A stretch of DNA of 62,847 nt, filler included, from a bacterium (GTDB lineage Bacteria > UBP15 > UBA6099 > JAJRTR01): assembly GCA_024278215.1 (NCBI GenBank). It is 4 parts of 4 records of this genome, joined end to end, with 100 filler letters (N's around TTAATTAATTAA, not from the genome) between each part and the next. Parts side by side here need not be neighbours in the genome. Positions count along the whole stretch, not along the records: positions 1 to 22,912 come from JAJRTR010000175.1; 3 more parts are not named here. One strand, given 5' to 3'. Below, piece after piece: positions 1-10,647 of the stretch. Made by a program: the position numbers and the translations under genes. Position 1 is the first letter of the stretch, and every line of letters begins with the position of its first letter. The notes beneath the pieces were generated by a model. The model was not told the origin of the DNA. It saw only the letters and a program-made list of their open reading frames with translations, and made no database searches.

Positions 1-1
1 A

Positions 2-631
2 ACAACGACCACAGGCAAACTCGCGGCGCTTTACAAGAGGCAGGGCCATAATGTAATGCTGGCAGCCTGCGACACGTTCAGAGCAGCGGCGGTCGAGCAA
101 CTCGAAATCTGGTCGGAGCGTGCCGGTGTGCCGATTATAAGGCAAAAAGAGGGCACCGACCCTTCCGCCGTTATGTTCGACGCCGTGCAAGCCGCCCGCG
201 CGCGCAACATCGACGTGCTTCTTGCAGACACCGCCGGCAGGCTTCACACACAGGTCAACCTGATGGAAGAACTGAAGAAAATACGGCGCATCTCGACAGG
301 CAAAGCGCAGGTCGAAAACTTCAGGTCGTGGCTTGTGCTCGACTCGACTATCGGCCAGAACTCCGTCAACCAGGCCCGTCTTTTCAACGAAGCCGTGACC
401 ATCGAGGGGCTCGTCATCACGAAACTCGACGGCACCGCGCGCGGCGGAATCGTTCTTTCGATTATTAATGAATGGAAACTGCCTATCGAATATATAGGAG
501 TCGGCGAACAGGTCGATGATCTCGTAAGATTCGACCAGACCGAATTCGCCAAAGCCATGCTCGGCGAAGGACTCGAAGACTACTGGACGAAAAAAGAGCA
601 GGCGGGCAATCCTGCCCTGCAGCACCGGTAG
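2..631 (+). CDS. ftsY: Signal recognition particle receptor FtsY (5'-truncated at window edge)
   Basis: SRP-GTPase motifs (K)TTT.GKLA, DTFRAAA, DTAGR, TKLDGTARGG, IGVGE; ends soon after the G domain with no M domain, so FtsY rather than Ffh. Confidence 0.93.
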   Translation, partial: TTTTGKLAALYKRQGHNVMLAACDTFRAAAVEQLEIWSERAGVPIIRQKEGTDPSAVMFDAVQAARARNIDVLLADTAGRLHTQVNLMEELKKIRRISTGKAQVENFRSWLVLDSTIGQNSVNQARLFNEAVTIEGLVITKLDGTARGGIVLSIINEWKLPIEYIGVGEQVDDLVRFDQTEFAKAMLGEGLEDYWTKKEQAGNPALQHR

Positions 632-689
632 TTCGTAACCGCTCAGAAATAAATTTCTCCCCTGAACGGTTTATAACTTATTATCCGTA

Positions 690-1601
690 CTACTTCTGAA
701 CCTGCTTTTTCTTATGCTGCTGCTTTTTCTTCATCTTTTTTATTGTCTTCAGAAGCACAATCGGACGGTCGGTCTGTATTGCATCGCAGCCCATCTCGAT
801 CGCGTGCCGCATATATGTTTCCGCATCACCAAACCCGAGTGTATTTGTGAAAATAAGAATGCCGCGCCTGTGCGCTTCCGCTACGACTTCCTTTTTCAGT
901 GTTTGCGCCGAAGTATTAAACGCCTTCACCGTCGGGAACTTCGCGATTATACCGGGTATCTGGTCCACGGAACCCACGCCCGGCATAATCGGCGCGTCCG
1001 CCACCATCTCCGCAAACTTCGCAGCCCTCTCTCCACCCCCCACAACAACCATGTTGTCCGGATAAAAGTCATATCTTTTCAGCAACTCTACCAGCACCGG
1101 GCGCGGCATCTCCTTCTGGTCGAGATACAGCCGGATATGTCCCTGCATCGCCTCGAGCACTTCCTCGAATGTCGGCACGCGCGTACCCTTGAATTTGTCC
1201 CCGAACCGCGACCTGTACCCGGCGTCGAGTTTTTTTATTTCCGCAAGCGTGTAGTCTGAAACCGGCCCCTCTCCGTTCGTTGTCCGGTCGACTTTCGGAT
1301 CGTGCATCAGCACAGGCACACCGTCTTTCGTGTATCTGACATCCATCTCGATATAGTCCATTCCCAGCTCGATCGCCTTCTCTATCGAGGGTATAGTATT
1401 CTCCGGCGCATATTTCGCCGCTCCACGATGGGCAACTTTCATCACATCGAGATTCGGCTTCTTTGTTTCAATCGGCTCTTTTGCCGCAGATTGTGTCGCA
1501 AAGAAAAACAGAAAAATAATTATGGCACCGATATAATAATCCCGATAATATTTTTCCCTTTTAACCATCCGCCTTCTCCATTGATCGACATAAAGAAACA
1601 A
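690..1601 (-). CDS. Glycerophosphodiester phosphodiesterase family protein, exported
   Basis: AHRGA..APENT, IEMDV, LMHD..VDRTT, IQTDRP motifs; N-terminal hydrophobic segment; start may be slightly downstream. Confidence 0.88.
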   Translation of the reverse strand: MFLYVDQWRRRMVKREKYYRDYYIGAIIIFLFFFATQSAAKEPIETKKPNLDVMKVAHRGAAKYAPENTIPSIEKAIELGMDYIEMDVRYTKDGVPVLMHDPKVDRTTNGEGPVSDYTLAEIKKLDAGYRSRFGDKFKGTRVPTFEEVLEAMQGHIRLYLDQKEMPRPVLVELLKRYDFYPDNMVVVGGGERAAKFAEMVADAPIMPGVGSVDQIPGIIAKFPTVKAFNTSAQTLKKEVVAEAHRRGILIFTNTLGFGDAETYMRHAIEMGCDAIQTDRPIVLLKTIKKMKKKQQHKKKQVQK

Positions 1602-1672
1602 AAACGCAATTCGATTAATCGCGTATCAGAAAACAGACCGTTTCCGGCCCGACCGAGCGACACGAAGCAAAG

Positions 1673-2260
1673 TTACTCCGTGCCGAAGTTGACTTTCGGC
1701 ACTGCTTTTTCCGACTCGGGCACTTCGAAGAATGAGCGCGGCGCGTAGCCGAATATTGAGGCATAGAATGATCCCGGAAATTTCTTTACATACTTATTAT
1801 AGTCCCTGACCATTTCGTTGAAACGCATACGCTCGACGGCAATGCGGTTTTCAGTTCCCGCGAGTTCCGCCTGCAGCGCGATAAACTGCTGGTTGGCCTT
1901 GAGATCCGGGTATCGCTCGACAATCATAAGAAGCCTCGATAGCGCGCCCTCGAGCTGGCCGGACGCCTTCACTTTTTCATCCACTGTTTTCGCACCTGCA
2001 AGCTTCGCACGCGATTCGGCAATGTCTGTGAATATCTCTTTTTCATGTTTAGCGTAGCCTTTTACCGTGTTCACAAGGTTCGGGATCAGGTCGTTGCGGC
2101 GCTTCAACTGGTTTTCCACCTGTGCCCACTGAGCGTCGATGTTCTCGTTGAGTTCGACCATATTGTTCTTAGCCTTGATAAACATGCTGCCCACTATGAC
2201 AACACATAACACGATCACACCGAAACATCCCAGCGCGATTTTCAGTCCGTTATTTTTCAT
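1673..2260 (-). CDS. LemA family protein
   Basis: N-terminal TM; QWAQVENQLKRRNDLIPNLVNTVKGYA, ERYPDLKANQQF, GTENRIAVER motifs. Confidence 0.93.
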   Translation of the reverse strand: MKNNGLKIALGCFGVIVLCVVIVGSMFIKAKNNMVELNENIDAQWAQVENQLKRRNDLIPNLVNTVKGYAKHEKEIFTDIAESRAKLAGAKTVDEKVKASGQLEGALSRLLMIVERYPDLKANQQFIALQAELAGTENRIAVERMRFNEMVRDYNKYVKKFPGSFYASIFGYAPRSFFEVPESEKAVPKVNFGTE

Positions 2261-2318
2261 TTACATGCTCCTCCGGTTTTGTTTTTTATAAATTATGTTT
2301 CAGCGCGCAGTTGCGCGC

Positions 2319-3110
2319 CTACCACCCGCCAGACGCGCCGCCTCCGCCGCTCATGCCGCCTCCGAAACCGCCGAAACCGCCGCCGAAACCGCCGCCTCCG
2401 CCGCCCGACCAGCCTCGCCCACCACCCATGCCACCGCTGAACAGCAACAGCAGGAACAGACTCGGATGCCTGATGAAAAGCCCTATCATAAATATTGTAA
2501 AGATAATCGAAAAGATACGTTTTCCGATGCTCATAGTGCGTGGTTGCGCGGAACCCATACCGCGTTGTGCGCTCTGGTAACCGGAGACCAGGTCCTGTGG
2601 TGTCATTCCATATTCTTTCAGAACTTCGACAACACAGGCCTCCACCCCCGCTCGGATACCTTCGCCCGGTCTGCCGGCCTTGAACAGCGGTGTCATCCGG
2701 TTGTCGATTATAAATTTCGCAGTCGAATCGGGGACCGCCCCTTCGAGTCCGTATCCGACTTCTATCTTGATCTTCCGCTCCTTCATAGCCACGACTATCA
2801 GCAGTCCGTTGTCTTTCTTCGCCGTGCCGACTCCCCATTTCTTGAAAAGCCGCACTGCATACATTTCGATTGTCTCGGGCGCGATGGAATCGACAACGGC
2901 CACCGCCACCTGTGCAGTTGTCTGCCTGTCGAGCTCTGCGAGCAGTTGCTCGAGCTGCGCCTTTGTTCCACGGTCCATCACCCCGGCATAATCGTTGACA
3001 TATCCCCTGAATTGCGGATAGCTCTGCGCCGAGGCATGATTTGAACATGCGAGCGACGCCGCTATGACAAAGAGTATCGGCAGTATTCTGAAAAATTGTG
3101 TTTTTTTCAT
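2319..3110 (-). CDS. TPM-domain (YgcG/TLP18.3-like) membrane protein
   Basis: YVNDYAGV, WGVG.AKKDNGLL, KIEVGYGLEG motifs; C-terminal TM and Gly-rich GFGGG.SGGGGASGGW tail. Confidence 0.92.
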   Translation of the reverse strand: MKKTQFFRILPILFVIAASLACSNHASAQSYPQFRGYVNDYAGVMDRGTKAQLEQLLAELDRQTTAQVAVAVVDSIAPETIEMYAVRLFKKWGVGTAKKDNGLLIVVAMKERKIKIEVGYGLEGAVPDSTAKFIIDNRMTPLFKAGRPGEGIRAGVEACVVEVLKEYGMTPQDLVSGYQSAQRGMGSAQPRTMSIGKRIFSIIFTIFMIGLFIRHPSLFLLLLFSGGMGGGRGWSGGGGGGFGGGFGGFGGGMSGGGGASGGW

Positions 3111-3871
3111 TCGTTCACCACAAAAGCGTCCACAAATTCAGTTAGTTTCTTGAGTTCTTCGATATAGCCGCGAAAAAGTATATCCAGTTCGGCCTTGTTC
3201 ATTTTCACCTTGTCCACCTTCATCTGTTGCAGACGCCTGATGGTAGTAAGCTCGACACCGGCCTCGTTCTGCACCGCTTCTATCAGCGCGACAGCGTCAC
3301 TGACAGGCGTTTTCCCGATAAGGCGCAGAATGTTCCTGAACACAGTAAGGAAGTTGGGCAGAGTCTCCTCGAGAAACGGCTGGAGCCTGTTCCTGCGGGT
3401 ATCCATCTCGAAGTAGGATTGGATCAGCCTGAGCCGTTTGCCGCGAAGGTTCTCCTCGACCTGGTGGCGCAGATTATCGAGCGAAATATCGATGTCGCGC
3501 AGCGGGTCGTCGCCGAAGATAACCACGCTGTGATCGCGCCATTCGAGAAACTCCATCGGGAACACATCTGTCGAGTGCTCCACAAATTCACGGTCGACAA
3601 CCACAGGACGCGACTTGAGTTTTTTGAAATGGCGGTTGAATATGCCGCGCAGTGAAACGAGCAGTTCGATACCCACCTTATCGAAAACCATAAAAATATT
3701 GATATCCGATTTTCCTGGAATAAAGTTGCCGCCCGTCGCGCTTCCGAAGAGCACCGCCGCCTCGAGCCGGCACCCCGAACCTCCGACACCCGACAGCACA
3801 TCTTCAATCAACGCTTTCAGGACCGGCACAAGCTCGTCTCTTATCTTTTCCCTGTTGGCTAATTCCGCCAC
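3107..3871 (-). CDS. Nucleotidyltransferase-fold protein (LemA/TPM-associated)
   Basis: LFGSA.G..FIPGKSDINI Pol-beta-like signature, DVFPMEF motif; overlaps the TPM gene start. Confidence 0.75.
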   Translation of the reverse strand: MAELANREKIRDELVPVLKALIEDVLSGVGGSGCRLEAAVLFGSATGGNFIPGKSDINIFMVFDKVGIELLVSLRGIFNRHFKKLKSRPVVVDREFVEHSTDVFPMEFLEWRDHSVVIFGDDPLRDIDISLDNLRHQVEENLRGKRLRLIQSYFEMDTRRNRLQPFLEETLPNFLTVFRNILRLIGKTPVSDAVALIEAVQNEAGVELTTIRRLQQMKVDKVKMNKAELDILFRGYIEELKKLTEFVDAFVVNE

Positions 3872-4111
3872 TGGTCTTCACCTCTTCGTTTCAGTCATGT
3901 CGATCTCATAAGCGCATCGAACAGATCATTTATATATTTGCTCCATAGCAACCGTTCTTCACCTGTTCATCTCATCGCAGCGAGTTGACTCTCTTTACCT
4001 CATTCTAATTAATATCACCGATAATAACAACACGGAGCGCGGACACGATTGAAATGATGTACCGTTGTCCTTAAACTATAAAACATTCTGAACAAGCGGA
4101 GGTAAGACAAA

Positions 4112-4312
4112 ATGGCCAGACAATGCAGCGTGGAAAAGAACAAACAGAGATGTTCCTGCACCTACACAGCGTGCGACAAGACCGGCATCTGCTGCGAATG
4201 TATCGTTTACCACAAAAACAGGGGCGAGCTTCCCGGCTGTCTTTTCCCCCCCGAGGCGGAAAGAACTTACGACCGCTCGATCGCCCACTTCGTGAGGCTC
4301 CACTCGAAGTAG
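4112..4312 (+). CDS. Small Cys-rich protein (DUF6485-like)
   Basis: CSCTY..C...GICCECI.YH...[18 protein letters not shown] pattern; GGAGG RBS. Confidence 0.75.
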   Translation: MARQCSVEKNKQRCSCTYTACDKTGICCECIVYHKNRGELPGCLFPPEAERTYDRSIAHFVRLHSK

Positions 4313-4374
4313 TTTTACAGGGTGTTTTTTGCTATCGTTTTTACGGCTTACCCTGTTTTGTGCAGGGTATTCGC

Positions 4375-5022
4375 TCAAAACCCCATGTCTTCGCCGACAA
4401 GTATTACGGATATTCTTTCCGCTACCGCGTTGGCTTCGATTATCGTCAACTGGTTGCATATACGTGTCGGAGGCAGGCAGTTATCCTCGTCGCAGATACC
4501 TGTGTTCGAGCAGGGTGTGTCCACACCGAAACGGATACTGTTGAGCGGAGCGGCAATGGTTTTTATTCTCTTTATCCCGGCTTCTACCGTCGGCACAAGC
4601 TTATTCATCCCCACCATTAGAATGACCTTCTCCGGTCCGAAGATAATGGACGACACACGGTTTCCGAGACCGTCCTCATTCACGAGTTTGCCATCGTGCG
4701 TGACAGCGTTCGAGCTTGCGATGAACACATCGGCCGTGAGGCCGCGCTTTCGCATCTTGAATATTTCTGCCGATGGAATGCCCTCTTTGTACCTGTCCAG
4801 AAGCTCGATGTCCAGATTCCGCAGCGCGTCGACAAGCCCGGATTCGACAATTGTCGTCGAGCCGCCAAGTCCAACTACCGACCCCTTCGGGATCATCTTG
4901 CAAATCGTTGTTATCGCCACATATTTATCTTTGCAGTAGATCCCCTCGATGTTCCTGCGCCTGAGATTTTTTATTACAGTCCGTGCCTGTTTTTTATAGA
5001 TTTCCTTTTTGGGATCAGCCAT
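4375..5022 (-). CDS. LUD-domain (lactate utilization) protein
   Basis: VGLGGSTT, ADVFIASSNAVT.DGKLVN.DG.GNRV, G.NKLV, PC..TG.C..C motifs. Confidence 0.85.
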   Translation of the reverse strand: MADPKKEIYKKQARTVIKNLRRRNIEGIYCKDKYVAITTICKMIPKGSVVGLGGSTTIVESGLVDALRNLDIELLDRYKEGIPSAEIFKMRKRGLTADVFIASSNAVTHDGKLVNEDGLGNRVSSIIFGPEKVILMVGMNKLVPTVEAGIKRIKTIAAPLNSIRFGVDTPCSNTGICDEDNCLPPTRICNQLTIIEANAVAERISVILVGEDMGF

Positions 5023-5096
5023 TTTTTCCGCTCCCTTCGATGAATAGTTTTTCGTGAAACCATTGTACAGCAAACCGCCGTATTAGTCGATTGTTG

Positions 5097-5176
5097 CGAG
5101 GATGATTTCGCGCCGACAACGCAGCGATGGACAATTGCAGCCTACCGCGGCAGAATCAGAATGTTTCAACCGGTTC
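5097..5176 (+). repeat. MITE family A, partial copy (right half)
   Basis: CCGACAACGCAGCGATGGACAATTGCAGCC..CCGC.GCAGAATCAGAAT matches the right part of the copies at 28619 and 34118. Confidence 0.75.
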
Positions 5177-5184
5177 GATTACAA

Positions 5185-6276
5185 TCAGAAATCATTGAAA
5201 AGACCTTTGATAAGCGAGAATCTTGAGAATGGCGAGATGAGCCATAGTCGCTGTTTGTCGTCCTGCACGAGCAGCAATGTGCCGTCAGGCGACCACTCGA
5301 TGGAGTTTCCGTTGACGGCGATTCTCCATCTTTTTTGTGTCGAAAGCCGGAAAACCCATATCTCGACGTTGTCGACGACGAATGCTATCATGTCGCCGGT
5401 CGGCGACCAGGCGGGTTTGTCTCCTTCCGGCGACACGCTGATTATTGTGCCGTCGTCGTGTTTGATCCAGATACCGGACTTTTCGTTGTTGGAGAAGACG
5501 ATGGCTTTGCAGTCGGGCGACCATGATGCGGTTTCGACATCGGTCGCGATTTCTTTTCTCGCTTCACGCAGCGCGTCGAAGGTCCAGAGTATGTGATCGG
5601 ACGATATGTATAGCAGCAGCGATTTGCCGTTCGCACAATAGGCTTTATGGGGCGAACTGGTGCTGATGAGTTTTTTTTCTTTATACAGATCGTCTATTCT
5701 TGCTGCATGATCGTTTTGGGGGGTTGGTTCGTTGTTTTCAGGTTTATACAGCAGGTCTTGAAGATAGCTGTTTATCTCTTGTGTTACGGAGGGGGAGAAG
5801 CCCGAGACGGATTCTACCACTTTTCCGTCGGGTGCGATAATAAAAAAAGTCGGCATCTGCTTGATTCCGAAACGGTTGGAAAGCGCCAGGTCGACATCGA
5901 GGAGAACTCTGAACGGCGATTGTTTTGTTTTCAGGTAGCTGCTTACGGATTCGTCGCCCGGGTCGACATTGACCCCGAGTATCTGGAACGATTTGTTCCG
6001 GGCATATTTTGCCTGTACCCGGTCGAGAAATGTGAAAAGGTCGTCGGAGGATTCACTGTAGATGGAGAAAAAAGCGAATAGCGAATATTTGCCTTGCAGT
6101 TCGGTGGAGTCGAAGACCGCCCCGCCCGAATCTTTCACGGCAGGGAGAGTTGTCAGGATATGTCCTTTATTGATAACGGCTTTTGCGCCTGTGCAGAAGA
6201 GGAGCAGGCATAATAATATGCCGAAACATCGTGCTGCGAATCCGCGGTAGCGAAAAATATGGTCGAACGTTGTCAC
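5185..6276 (-). CDS. Redoxin/TlpA-like domain fused to TolB-like (PD40) propeller repeats
   Basis: Signal peptide; thioredoxin-like ILGVNVD...FGIKQMPTFFII.PDG without CxxC; repeated WSPDC/WSPTG/WSPDG. Confidence 0.65.
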   Translation of the reverse strand: MTTFDHIFRYRGFAARCFGILLCLLLFCTGAKAVINKGHILTTLPAVKDSGGAVFDSTELQGKYSLFAFFSIYSESSDDLFTFLDRVQAKYARNKSFQILGVNVDPGDESVSSYLKTKQSPFRVLLDVDLALSNRFGIKQMPTFFIIAPDGKVVESVSGFSPSVTQEINSYLQDLLYKPENNEPTPQNDHAARIDDLYKEKKLISTSSPHKAYCANGKSLLLYISSDHILWTFDALREARKEIATDVETASWSPDCKAIVFSNNEKSGIWIKHDDGTIISVSPEGDKPAWSPTGDMIAFVVDNVEIWVFRLSTQKRWRIAVNGNSIEWSPDGTLLLVQDDKQRLWLISPFSRFSLIKGLFNDF

Positions 6277-6280
6277 GGTG

Positions 6281-6502
6281 TCAGGCCTCGTAACCCAGAA
6301 ACACGAGACCCGCGATCCAGATGCCGATCATCACGAACATCAGGACGAACCAGCCGAGCGCTTTGCTGAATCGCGGCTCGCCGGTGCTTCTGAATCCGCG
6401 AAAAATAAACATGGCGGTGGATCCGAGCCAGCCGAAAAGCCCAATGTACATAACAGCCAGCGCTATATGGTTCAAATGATCATAAGTCATGGGGCGCACC
6501 AC
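6281..6502 (-). CDS. Small two-TM membrane protein
   Basis: Two hydrophobic helices; tightly spaced between hisG and the next gene. Confidence 0.6.
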   Translation of the reverse strand: MVRPMTYDHLNHIALAVMYIGLFGWLGSTAMFIFRGFRSTGEPRFSKALGWFVLMFVMIGIWIAGLVFLGYEA

Positions 6503-6575
6503 CTTTTGTCCGGCAATGGCCGGCGCTGTTTCGGTTTGTCAACATATTATGACGCGCGGCGAACAGTCTCCGGGG

Positions 6576-7457
6576 TCAGTTGATTACCTTGGTCAGTTTG
6601 TATTCAATAATATCACAAGCGCCCGCCTGCTTCAAACGCGGTATCAGGTTGCGCACGGACTTGTCCTCAACGACAACTTCGATAGCGAGCCATTCACCGT
6701 TGCTGAGCGGAGACACGGTGGGGTTCTTCATCGAGGGCAGGACCCTTATGACATCATCGAAGGCGTCTTTAGGCAGATTCATTTTCAAGCCGACCAGCGT
6801 CTCGGCGGCCAGTGCGCCCTGGAGCAGCAGGTCGAGGTCTCTGATCTTCTGTTTTTTCCACGGGTCTTTCCACGCCTGGTGGTTGGCGATGAATTTTGTG
6901 TTGGTGGAAAGAATGGTGTCCACTATACGCAACTTGTTGGCCCTGAGCGAGCTGCCGGTTTCCGTCACATCCACAATGGCGTCCACCAGGTCGGGTGTCT
7001 TGACTTCCGTCGCGCCCCACGAGAACTCGATGTCGCAATTGACACCCTGCTTTTTGAAATACTTTTTCGTCACCTTCAGCAGTTCGGTCGCCACCCGCTT
7101 GCCCTCAAGGTCGGCCGGCTTTTTTATCGGGGAGTTCTCCGGCACTGCGAGTACCCACCTGACTTTGCCTGTTCCGGTTTTGGCGTAGACGAGGTCGGAG
7201 ACGGTCTTGACTTTCGCGCCGTTTTCCATGATCCAGTCAAGCCCGGTAAGGCCCGCGTCGATAGCGCCTGCCTCGACATAGCGGGCTATCTCCTGCGCGC
7301 GAATCATCATTCCTTCGATCTCGGGGTCGTCGATTAAAGGTTTGTACGACCTGCTGTGCAGGATAATATTGAAACCGGCTTTTTTGAACAGCTTGAAAGT
7401 CGATTCCTGGAGGCTGCCCTTGGGCAACCCGATTTTCAGTATATTCTTTTTCGCCAT
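6576..7457 (-). CDS. hisG: ATP phosphoribosyltransferase (long form)
   Basis: [50 protein letters not shown]-terminal regulatory domain. Confidence 0.96.
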   Translation of the reverse strand: MAKKNILKIGLPKGSLQESTFKLFKKAGFNIILHSRSYKPLIDDPEIEGMMIRAQEIARYVEAGAIDAGLTGLDWIMENGAKVKTVSDLVYAKTGTGKVRWVLAVPENSPIKKPADLEGKRVATELLKVTKKYFKKQGVNCDIEFSWGATEVKTPDLVDAIVDVTETGSSLRANKLRIVDTILSTNTKFIANHQAWKDPWKKQKIRDLDLLLQGALAAETLVGLKMNLPKDAFDDVIRVLPSMKNPTVSPLSNGEWLAIEVVVEDKSVRNLIPRLKQAGACDIIEYKLTKVIN

Positions 7458-7479
7458 CTATTGTTCTCCCTGTGAAAAA

Positions 7480-8295
7480 TCATTGGCCGACATCGACGGA
7501 TTCAACACGGGTGGCCATGTCGCCAATCAGTAGTTTCGAGGTTTTCAAAAAAGCATCGGGGTCGCCCGTAACATAGAATTTCTTTGTACCCGGCGCACTG
7601 TGTTTTTTCCTGCTGATCCCTTTGTCCATCAGTGTCTTGTTGCAGAGCACCGCGGTGCGTTTCGCGGGGTCGATGATCGTGACCGCCGGGGTGAGGATGT
7701 CCTGGATAATCGTCTTAATGAAAGGCAGGTGCGTGCAGCCGAGTATAATCGTGTCGATGTCCTCATTCCTCATGGGCTGGATGCATTTGTCGGTGAGCCG
7801 CCTCATTTCCGGCGAACCCACTTTCCCCTTCTCGATCAGTGGTATCAGGTCCGTGCACGACTCTGTGAGTATCTTCACCGTCGGATCGAAATTGTCCATG
7901 AACTTGCGGTATACCTGGCTGTCGACAGTTCTCTGTGTGGCCCACACTCCGATGCGGAAATTGTATGTAACATACAGCGCGGCGGCGACACAGCCGTAGT
8001 TGATAATGCCGACAACCGGCACTGTGCTCTTTATGTCCTTTTCTATCTGAGGAAGCAGCCCGCTGACAGTGTTGCAGGCGATAACGATCATCTTGCAGTC
8101 CTGTTTTTCGAGAAAATGAATGAGCTGCTCCGAATAGGCTACTATCTCGTCCTCTGTCCTTGTGCCGTAAGGCATTCGCGCGGTGTCGGCAAGATATATA
8201 TAATCCTCGTAGGGCATGAAGCTGTCGAGTTCCCTCAACAGGGTCAGTCCTCCAACACCGGAATCAAAAACACCTACAGGCCTGTTGTCGCTCAT
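7480..8295 (-). CDS. murI: Glutamate racemase
   Basis: GVFDSGVGGL, DTARMPYG, IACNT, LGCTH catalytic motifs. Confidence 0.96.
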   Translation of the reverse strand: MSDNRPVGVFDSGVGGLTLLRELDSFMPYEDYIYLADTARMPYGTRTEDEIVAYSEQLIHFLEKQDCKMIVIACNTVSGLLPQIEKDIKSTVPVVGIINYGCVAAALYVTYNFRIGVWATQRTVDSQVYRKFMDNFDPTVKILTESCTDLIPLIEKGKVGSPEMRRLTDKCIQPMRNEDIDTIILGCTHLPFIKTIIQDILTPAVTIIDPAKRTAVLCNKTLMDKGISRKKHSAPGTKKFYVTGDPDAFLKTSKLLIGDMATRVESVDVGQ

Positions 8296-8342
8296 TTTGT
8301 ACGTTATTTCCCTAAAATTTACTTTGATATTCCCTCTAAAAA

Positions 8343-9788
8343 CTATATATTCAACATCTGCAAAACAATACGGTCCTGAAGCTTTCTGATGTAATTCGAG
8401 TGAACTTCATAACCGTTCATTATCATACTGAACGCGGCGGTGTTTCCGTTTGGACGTATGTAATAACCGCTCAGGGAACACACGCCCCGCAATGCTCCGG
8501 TCTTTGCCCAGAAACGCCCTTTTGTCTCGATCAATCGCTTTTTAAGCGTGCCTTTTTCGCCGGGCGTCGCCAGCACTCTCCTGAACTCCTCCCTGAGATA
8601 TGAATTATAGAACGCATACAGCAGCGCATTCAATACTCCCGGGGTTAATCTGTTTTTTCGCGATAGTCCTGAACCATCTTCAATATGTATCGTACCGTCC
8701 GTTGCAATATTGTATTTTTTGATAATATCGCCCACTGTCCGTGTGCCCGATTCGCGAGTGCCCGCCTCTCCCTTGAGCGCTCCGATAACCCTTATCATCT
8801 GCTCCGCGATAAAATTGTCGCTGTAATTCCCCATCACTTCCAGCACATCCACAAGCTCCTCCGACGGAATGCGCCTGAAAAATCTGTAACCTGCCGGAAC
8901 ATCTTTCCTCTTTGCCATCCTTACGTCTACTTCTACTCCCGCCCGCCTTAATGCGCCTGTCAGGACAGAACCATAAAACAATGCCGGATACAAGACGGGA
9001 TATTCGTGTTCGACAACACTGCCGCAATGCACCTTTCCGCTTATCGTTATCATTCCACGCGCATCCTGGGTAACTTAAATCTCGGTAGCGCCCTTTGATA
9101 CACTCTCAACATTATTCCTTATCAGCGAAATGTCCGGAACCGGATCGAATTCGATATTCGCCGGGCGGCCCGGCGTCGTATCGCCCCGTATTTCCATTTT
9201 AAGACAGTTTCCGCCCGCGGACAGCGCACCCGGCCTCGGCGCGTAGCACCATTCGAGGTCATCCTCCTCCCACGAATCCGGCCTGTCGCTTCCTGCAAAA
9301 AATGTATCATCCAGCCACAGAACCCCTGAAACTTTTTTCAGGCCGCTCCTCACTATCCGGCGCGCAATCTCATCGGCTCCCTCCGTGGCATTCTCCTCGT
9401 AAAACTCATCTTTCATCGTCGGGTCGCCGTAACCCTTAACATAGAGTCCCCCCGCCTTTCCACTTGCTCCATCAAATCCCTTCGCGAAAAAATCTGTGTA
9501 AAATCTGTATCTCGGCCCCAGCGCCAGTATCGCCGCGCCCGCTGTAATAAGCTTCATATTCGATGCCGGTATGAAAACCCTGTTTTCATTTATTTTCAAC
9601 AGCACCTTTCCCGTGTCCAGGTCCTGAATAAGTATTCCTACAACCGCTCCCTTCAACAGCCCGTCACTCGCAATTTTCCTTATCTCATCGACATTCCGAT
9701 TATCCGCCAATGCTCCGGATGCTGCAAAATAAAACATAACAGTGCAAATAACCGCAGTATTTCTTATTGTTTTCAATATCTTTCTCAT
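8343..9788 (-). pseudogene. dacB: D-Ala-D-Ala carboxypeptidase/endopeptidase (PBP4, peptidase S13) interrupted by in-frame TAA at 9075-9077
   Basis: PASNMK (SxxK) in the 5' ORF; SDN, DGSGLSR.N and KTG in the 3' ORF; same frame: ...ATEI-TAA-VTQDARGMITI... Confidence 0.85.
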
Positions 9789-10647
9789 CTGCGATGCTCC
9801 CTTTGCACCTATATATTATCATCCCCTATTACTGCCATTTTTTGTTACATTCCTTAGAGACCTTCTTTTAGTAATCGAATCGTTCAATGCAGACATGATA
9901 TAATTTCTTGTTTTATCCGTACTATCATGTCGGCCCTAACCCTTAAATGCTTCCACTGCAATCACAAATATAATCACGACAAATTACAAATGTCTGAACA
10001 AAACATTCACCCTGTGTTTTTGCATGTGTATGTTATTATCTAATTCCGTATTTGTACACATATCACTTACGAAAGCACAAAAATATGATAGTCCAATGCG
10101 CTGTTTGCTTTTAAGGTCAATATGCCGTCCCTGTTCTATCCGATGCTTAATTGCGCAATAACATCCATACACACAAAAATGCCAAAGTCGTAATATATCG
10201 ATTATTTAAAGTATATTTTTCTTCTTTACACAATTTCAACGTGCAATAACGCATGATGTATTATTTTTCCATCCCAGGGATTGAACATGCCTGAAAACCA
10301 AATGTTTACCGGAGAACATGTTAAAACGCATTGCATGTAACTTTGCAATAATACATTATCATAAGAACACGGATATACCTTTTTGCCAGTCTTCAGTGAA
10401 ACGAATCATTTAAGTCGTGAAGATATATATTTTTAAAAGCAAATTATGTAATTACGTAATTACACACCGGGATTGTGTTCCGGCATTCAAGCATATTACA
10501 TGATGAATATGGTGTAACTATAAAATTACGAGAGATTAGAAAGATTACAGAGCCAATCGCTGTTGAATGTGGTATACTATAGTGAAAAGCTGCTTGTTCC
10601 GGAGAGCCACACGTTCAAATGATTATTTCTGATGAGGTTATGACACT

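Noticed and set aside
10185-10212. dif-like site AAGTCGTAATA-TATCGA-TTATTTAAAGT
   Set aside because: XerC arm is weak, such matches are expected in AT-rich DNA, and the skew direction is origin-like
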